Position numbers and translations under genes: made by a program. A stretch of DNA of 53,928 nucleotides, filler included, from Squatina squatina (lineage: Eukaryota), in NCBI GenBank assembly GCA_031763465.1. It is 4 parts of 4 records of this genome, joined end to end, with 100 filler letters (N's around TTAATTAATTAA, not from the genome) between each part and the next. Parts side by side here need not be neighbours in the genome. Positions count along the whole stretch, not along the records: positions 40,782 to 53,928 come from JARFOE010000194.1; 3 more parts are not named here. One strand, given 5' to 3'. Positions 47,816 to 53,928 of this stretch are shown here, piece after piece (the stretch's first letter is position 1; every line of letters starts with the position of its first letter). Under the pieces are notes generated by a model, which saw only the letters and a program-made list of their open reading frames with translations, did not search any database and was not told where the DNA came from.

Positions 47816-48294
47816 GTGCTGCTTTTGGCTGATTTATCCACCAATAGTAGCACTGAGTGCAGCGCATTCTGAGCGAAACAGTTAAAGGCAGTTGAAGAAA
47901 TAATATAACGTATTTACCTTATTTTAATTAAATTATAATAGGCCCATCCATTTGTGTATTAATGATGCTTTTCACGTGAATGGATATGAGGACTTAGTTG
48001 ATAAGGGTGGGGGAAAGCCTCTGTTCGATTTTATAGAATTGTGTTCAGATGTAAATATTGCTGTTGATTGAAGGTGCAGAGCTTTTAGTTTTTGCATTTT
48101 GTTGCAAATGTAGATGTTGCCACTGTGAGAATGATACTGTCAAAATCACTACGAATACAATTTCCGCGTGTTGGAATGCAGATACTGTAATAAGGAAAAG
48201 CACTTTACATAATTCATGAAGTGAATCTTTAAAGAACTTTCTCAATCTCTATTTTGTATACATTTTTTTAAATTAACAATGTTAGTCATCTTAC

Positions 48295-48491
48295 CTTGGC
48301 TCTCTGTTTCATTTTTTTCCTTTCTTCGATGGTAGTTAAGTAATTTACAGCCGCGTATTCAATTATAGAAAGGAAGACAAAGAGAAAGCTGACCCAGAGG
48401 TAGATATCCACAGCTTTAACGTAAGATACTCGAGGCATAGATGCATTCACTCCAGTTATAATGGTCGACATTGTCAGAACAATTGTTATTC
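48295..48491 (-). CDS. GABRR3: GABA-A receptor rho3, M2-M3 exon
   Basis: gaaag|GAA...AAG|gtaag, 197 bp; GITIVLTMSTIITGVNASMPRVSYVKAVDIYLWVSFLFVFLSIIEYAAVNYLTTIEERKKMKQRAK. Confidence 0.93.
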
Positions 48492-49419
48492 CTTTCAATG
48501 AAAAAGAAAGAAGTAGATGCAAAGATTGTTGATGGTATGAGACAGACAGTAGTTAAAAAAAACTTGGGCCCAAAAGTCTGGGCTGGATCGAGAGCGGAGA
48601 GTGGGTGGATCGCCCATCTGTGGCCAGAATCTCCTGTTCTGTTGGGATTTTGTCCCATTTTTTTGATCACTCAATCCATGATGGTGATGGTTAAACTATT
48701 CTGAGCACTGCCACCAGCAGGAACTTAGAAGGAATGCGGTCTGGAATCTTATGTGACCAGCTCTTTCTGGAGTGCTATTGGAAATATAAAAGTCTCTCTA
48801 CCAGTACAAGCTCAAAATTTATGCAATCAACACTAAGTGCAAAAATTTCAGCAAGCATTTTAATGGACTCTTTCAGAAGGTGTGCACTGAATCAAATTGA
48901 ATTTATAGCATGAAGTTAAATTAGCAGCAGGCAATTCAAGATTATGCACTAATATTAAAAGATTAGGTAATTCAGTTTGGATACAAAAGCATGGAATTTC
49001 CTCAATGCCACTTACACCAAAATTGACACCAGTTTCTGTGCTGATGTTGCCAATGAGAACTTACGCCCAAATTTCCTGCGGTGCATATAACACATGATAA
49101 GTGACACAACTTCAGTGCCACCAATAGGGCTAATAGCTGCTTACTTCAGTTTGACACCTCACTCTCAGACCCTTTTGCCTCCACTGCTCCTCTTCCTCTT
49201 CCATGATTATGCAGTACAGGGGTCTTCTCTTTGGCAGTCCCTCAGGGTCGAGGATGACTTGCTTCCACTCCGGAGTTGTGGGTTCTNNNNNNNNNNNNNN
49301 NNNNNNNNNNNNNNNNNNNNNNNNNNNNNNNNNNNNNNNNNNNNNNNNNNNNNNNNNNNNNNNNNNNNNNNNNNNNNNNNNNNNNNGCCTGTGGAATGCT
49401 GCTTCCGCTGTTTAGCATG

Positions 49420-49640
49420 TATGTAGTCCAGAGTTGCAGCTTCCCCAGGTTGGCGTCTCATTTTTCAGTGTGCCTGGTGCTGCTCCTGGCATGCTCTTCT
49501 GCACTCCTCATTGAACCAGGGTTGGCCCCCTGGCTTGATGGTAATGGTAGAGTGAGGGATATGCCATGCCATGAGGTTACAGATTGTGGTGTACAATTCT
49601 GCTGCTGCTGATGGTCTGCAGCATCTCATCGATGCCCAGT
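49420..49640 (-). mobile_element. LINE endonuclease-region fragment (shark family)
   Basis: ctggtgctgctcctggcatgctct...ggcttgatggtaatggtagagt...catgaggttacagattgtg, a recurrent shark LINE segment. Confidence 0.5.
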
Positions 49641-50291
49641 TTGGCTGACAGATTAGAAACTAATATTGGCAGAAGTCTGTGAGCAGGTCACTGGCCCAGC
49701 TCACTGGACAATGGTGAAAAACCAAGAAAAATTACATAAAATTACAGAGCATATACGATACAGAAACAGACCATCGGCTGCACTTCCCGCAAAGATATGA
49801 TAACGGAATGGGAGCAGCCGCGAGGAAATTCCTGGTTTAGTGATTGGCAAACGAGAGAAAGGTTTAGGTATTACTGAGTCTGACCCCAACTCAAACAGAC
49901 AAAACAACCCAACTCATTCAACTGATAGACTTCTTCAGCTTCAATGCTGCATGTTGTGTATAATAAAAATCCAAGAAAATCTCTCCCGTGCAAAGAATTT
50001 TTCTTGATGTAGTGCCAAAGCACAGCAGGCAAATGGCTATGACTAGCTTTCAGATGATCACCAAAGTGCCATTTGAAACATTAATGGCAGCATATGCCCT
50101 TGTTATTTCATCAAGAGACATAGCATGTCAGTGAATCTGAAAATCAAAACACCAAATGAAAATCTCTCTCTTTACCTCACTTGTCTTTAAAGATCAAATA
50201 GTATTTTAAATATTCTACTCTGGTATTTTGACGGACAGTTTCACTCTGCCTAATGCAATTGCAAAAAAACTTAGATGCCAGTGAGTGTCTT

Positions 50292-50386
50292 CTGGCACTG
50301 CTCTTCTGTCAATCCAGAAAGAAACCCAAGACAGCATGACCATTAACATGGTTGGAAAGTAGGTTTGTAAAAGAAAAAAGAAAATG
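50292..50386 (-). pseudogene. GABRR3: Truncated GABRR3 M1 exon core lacking both splice sites
   Basis: IFFFLLQTYFPTMLMVMLSWVSFWIDRRAVP is present. The expected upstream WYNRL..NF.LRRH and downstream ARVxLG plus GT donor are replaced by unrelated sequence. Confidence 0.8.
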
Positions 50387-51394
50387 AAACGGGATATGGA
50401 TAGCCTGCGAAGGGCAACCCCAGGCAGTGGTAGGTTGGAAGAGGAGAAATTGGCCGTTAGCGGGTGTATTGGAATGGGAATGCATCGAGTGTGCATCTTA
50501 ATGTGGAGCGAGGGGTTTTCTCATGGTAGGGACAATTGCCTTTTGATTAAGAACTTCCTCTTTAGAAGCTCTTCATTGTTCAATGAGCAATCATTTTTCC
50601 CCACTCGCCCTCGTTTCCTTTCTCCTTACGCTTTTCTGTATTTTTGGCTCCCCAGCAGCTGAGGTCATTTACAGCGAGTAGTTGAGTCACACAGACTAGC
50701 AAGGGCCTATTTACCATCCCCGGGGTCTCAACTGGGATGCCTCACTCTCCCAGCGCAGCATTAGGGGTTCCTGATCACTCTCGAGCCAGCCACGCCACCT
50801 AGCGAAAATATTGACACTGGGTAGGGGCAGATTTAAGCTTGGGTGCGATGGCCCTCATGGGAGAAAAGCCAGCCAACACTCCCCGACATGGCTGGTAAGA
50901 GAATGACGGGCACATAGGTCAGATGTCAGAAGGTAACTGGAGCTGACGGATTGGGAAAGGAAGAGGAAAATGTAAGATGATTTTTGAAGCATTAATTTTG
51001 TTCCTGCTTTAACTTAAAGCTCAGCCTCCACATTTCAACACTTGTTTACCAGAACTGTTGTTATGCAGAAAGGAATTTCTCACGAAAGGCACTTTAAGAT
51101 CACATGATCTTCATGAATAATTGTCTGGCATATTTTATAAACCCCTTGTTTATCAACATGCTGTACAACACATAAATTGCAAGCAAAATATATGAGTGCG
51201 TCATTTACACATTACAGCAACTTGTTTTTATATAGCGCCTTTAACATAGTAAAATGAGCCAAGGTGTTTCCCAGGAGCGATTATCAGACAAAATTTGACA
51301 CCAAGCCACATAAGAAGATGATGGGCAGATGACCAAAAGCTTGGTCAAAATGATAGGATTTAAGGGGTTTATGTGACACCCTTGAGAAAGGGTG

Positions 51395-51570
51395 TAAGCA
51401 CATTCCTAGTAACTACAGGCCGGTCAGTTTAACATCAGTGGTGGGTAAGTTTTTAGAAACAATAATCAGGGAAAAAGTCAACAGGCACTTGAGTTAATAA
51501 AGAAGAGCCAGCAAGGATTTGTAAGGGGCAGATAATGTTTGACAAATCTAATTGAATTTTTTGATGAAGT
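51395..51570 (+). mobile_element. CR1 LINE RT fragment
   Basis: P.NYRPVSLTSVVGKFLETIIREK...SQQGFVRGR.CLTNLIEFFDEV. Confidence 0.9.
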
Positions 51571-52780
51571 NNNNNNNNNNNNNNNNNNNNNNNNNNNNNN
51601 NNNNNNNNNNNNNNNNNNNNNNNNNNNNNNNNNNNNNNNNNNNNNNNNNNNNNNNNNNNNNNNNNNNNNNNNNNNNNNNNNNNNNNNNNNNNNNNNNNNN
51701 NNNNNNNNNNNNNNNNNNNNNNNNNNNNNNNNNNNNNNNNNNNNNNNNNNNNNNNNNNNNNNNNNNNNNNNNNNNNNNNNNNNNNNNNNNNNNNNNNNNN
51801 NNNNNNNNNNNNNNNNNNNNNNNNNNNNNNNNNNNNNNNNNNNNNNNNNNNNNNNNNNNNNNNNNNNNNNNNNNNNNNNNNNNNNNNNNNNNNNNNNNNN
51901 NNNNNNNNNNNNNNNNNNNNNNNNNNNNNNNNNNNNNNNNNNNNNNNNNNNNNNNNNNNNNNNNNNNNNNNNNNNNNNNNNNNNNNNNNNNNNNNNNNNN
52001 NNNNNNNNNNNNNNNNNNNNNNNNNNNNNNNNNNNNNNNNNNNNNNNNNNNNNNNNNNNNNNNNNNNNNNNNNNNNNNNNNNNNNNNNNNNNNNNNNNNN
52101 NNNNNNNNNNNNNNNNNNNNNNNNNNNNNNNNNNNNNNNNNNNNNNNNNNNNNNNNNNNNNNNNNNNNNNNNNNNNNNNNNNNNNCTCAAATCCTTCTTG
52201 AGTGAACCCATGGTCCTTCTCTGCATGTTCCTTGGGATTCTGCATCACCCCCATCGTGGCATCTGCGACTGCCTCTCCAGAGCAGTAACCCCAAATGTTT
52301 CATCCTTCACTCCTGGTAACGATCACGCCAAGCTCATTCCTCAGGGGTTTCAGCACTCCTCCCCATTGCTCTAACTTATTCCATGCTCCCCCCACCACCC
52401 CCACCACTGATTGATAATTAAGCACCTTCCAAGTCCATACAGCCCTCCAGAAAGTTTGCTTTCTCACAAACAAGGTCTAAGCCAACCATCACCTCATTAG
52501 GAATGAATCTATTGACATTGTGCTGACAAAGACCTGGCTTTCCCCATCATCATAACAGCTGGTTACATTTTCCATTACTTGCACTGCCCAAATTGCAGTG
52601 TTAGTGTTATAACTCTTATTGCTATGTACCATCAGTATCCAACAAGTATGAAGCTGCTCTTAGCGGGCACAGTTCAGATAATTTACTGTCAAACTGTACA
52701 ATGTCAATTGAACTCCTCACTATAGTATTTTTGCCTTTCTGCTATCAATTATTCATAAATCTGTTATAACAGAAACTTAC

Positions 52781-52921
52781 CAGTACTGCTATAAAACGCA
52801 AGTCCACTAGATGCACGAAATTCTTGTATGAAAAACTGAGCAAGTAAAATCTGCTCATCTGTCTTAAGTGGTTCATTTTCATTCTTCCAGTGCAGCATTA
52901 GATCTTTTTCATTGTAAGCAT
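52781..52921 (-). CDS. GABRR3: GABA-A receptor rho3, extracellular-domain exon (loops B-C); not in the ORF track
   Basis: ctccag|AT...ACTG|gtaag, 141 bp; (Y)AYNEKDLMLHWKNENEPLKTDEQILLAQFFIQEFRASSGLAFYSSTG. Confidence 0.93.
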
Positions 52922-53017
52922 CTGGAGGAAAATATTAAAGCATTAACAGATACGGCCAAGCCAAGATTACAAACTGACCCATACTGGGAATTATTAGAAC
53001 AATTCTTTTGCCTCTTC

Positions 53018-53462
53018 ACGTGGCTCAGTTGGTAGCACACTTGCCTCTGAGGCAGAAGGTTGTGGATTCAAGTCCCATTTCAGGGACTTGAGCACAAAAA
53101 TGTAGGCTGACACTCTAGTGCACTACTGAGAGAGTGCTGCATTGTTGGAGGTGCTGTCTTTTGGATGAGATATTGAACCGAGACCCTGTCTGCTCTCTCA
53201 GGTGGATGTAAAAGATCCTTTGACACTATTTCAAAGAAGAGTAGGGGAGTTATCCCTGGTGTCCTAGTCAATACTTATTCCTCACTCAACATCACTAAAA
53301 CTCAGATTATCTGGTCATTATCACATTGCTGTTTGTGGGAGCTAGCAGTGTGCGAACTGACTGCTGCATTTCCTACACTATAACAGTGACTACATTTCAT
53401 TGGCTGTAAAGCACTTTGGGATGTCCGGTGGTCATGAATTCACTATATAAATGCAAGTCTTC
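53018..53462 (+). mobile_element. Near full-length SacSINE1/Deu-domain tRNA-derived SINE
   Basis: A-box-like tggctcagttgg, B-box-like gattcaagtccc, central cattgctgtttgtgggagc..gtgcg and LINE-like tail ctatataaatgcaagtct. Confidence 0.88.
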
Positions 53463-53556
53463 CTTTTCACAAATATGCACTGTGCCATGAGTTGCATATA
53501 CTAATGTAAGAAAATGGAAGAAAGGTAATAGTTAGATTTTCATTTGTACATAATTG

Positions 53557-53928
53557 CATAGAAACACAGAAAATAGGAACAGGAGTAGGCCATTCGGCCC
53601 TTCGAGCCTGCTCGGCCATTCAATANNNNNNNNNNACTCCTTCTTGAATATATTTAATGATTTGGCCTCAACTACCTTCTGTGGTAGAGAACCCAGAGGT
53701 TCACCACTCTCTGGGTAAAGAAATTTCTCCTCATCTCAGTCCTAAATGGCTCACCCCTTTATCCTTAGACTGTAACCCTTGGTTCTCGACTCACCCGCCA
53801 ACGGGAACATCCTTCCTGTATCTAGTCTGTCCGGTCCTGTGAGAATTTTATAAGTTTCAATGAGATCCCCTCTCGTTCTTCTGAACTCTAGTGAATACAA
53901 GCCTAATCGACCCAATCTCTCTTCATAC
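53557..53928 (-). mobile_element. CR1 LINE 3' end
   Basis: catagaaa...ataggaacaggagtaggccattcggcccttcgagcc...aagaaatttctcctcatctcagtcctaaatgg (reverse complement of PFRTEMRRNFF). Confidence 0.9.

Noticed and set aside
53018-53085. tRNA gene
   Set aside because: The A/B-box-like motifs are the tRNA-derived head of a SINE and continue into SINE body sequence.

Overview
This is eukaryotic DNA, most likely from a cartilaginous fish (shark), judged from SacSINE1-type SINEs, shark-type CR1 and Penelope-like repeats and vertebrate genes. It is not one locus: four scaffolds are joined by artificial 100-nt linkers (N44-TTAATTAATTAA-N44), and many 100-N gaps lie inside them. Scaffold 1 (1-12904) holds a decayed retrovirus-like LTR element followed by a 4.7-kb array of a 45-bp satellite. 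The element has a coiled-coil/CA/CCHC Gag, protease, a YVDD RT resembling foamy-virus RT, a dead RNase H tether plus a second retroviral-type RNase H, an internally deleted integrase and no visible env. It ends in a polypurine tract and a probable 3' LTR carrying a strong hairpin. Scaffold 2 (13005-27391) holds the CCNK last exon (+), CCDC85C exon 1 (-) and one TRIP11-like exon (+). Scaffold 3 (27492-40681) is mostly intron, with one partial LRBA exon (-). Scaffold 4 (40782-53928) holds TIPRL coding exons 1-4 (-) and the 3' exons of GABRR3 (-), one of them truncated at both ends. It also contains a PIF/Harbinger Myb-SANT relic and a CR1 fragment that looks avian. The best candidate for an undescribed system is the env-less dual-RNase-H element. 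All gene and family assignments are from recalled sequence similarity; no database search was run.
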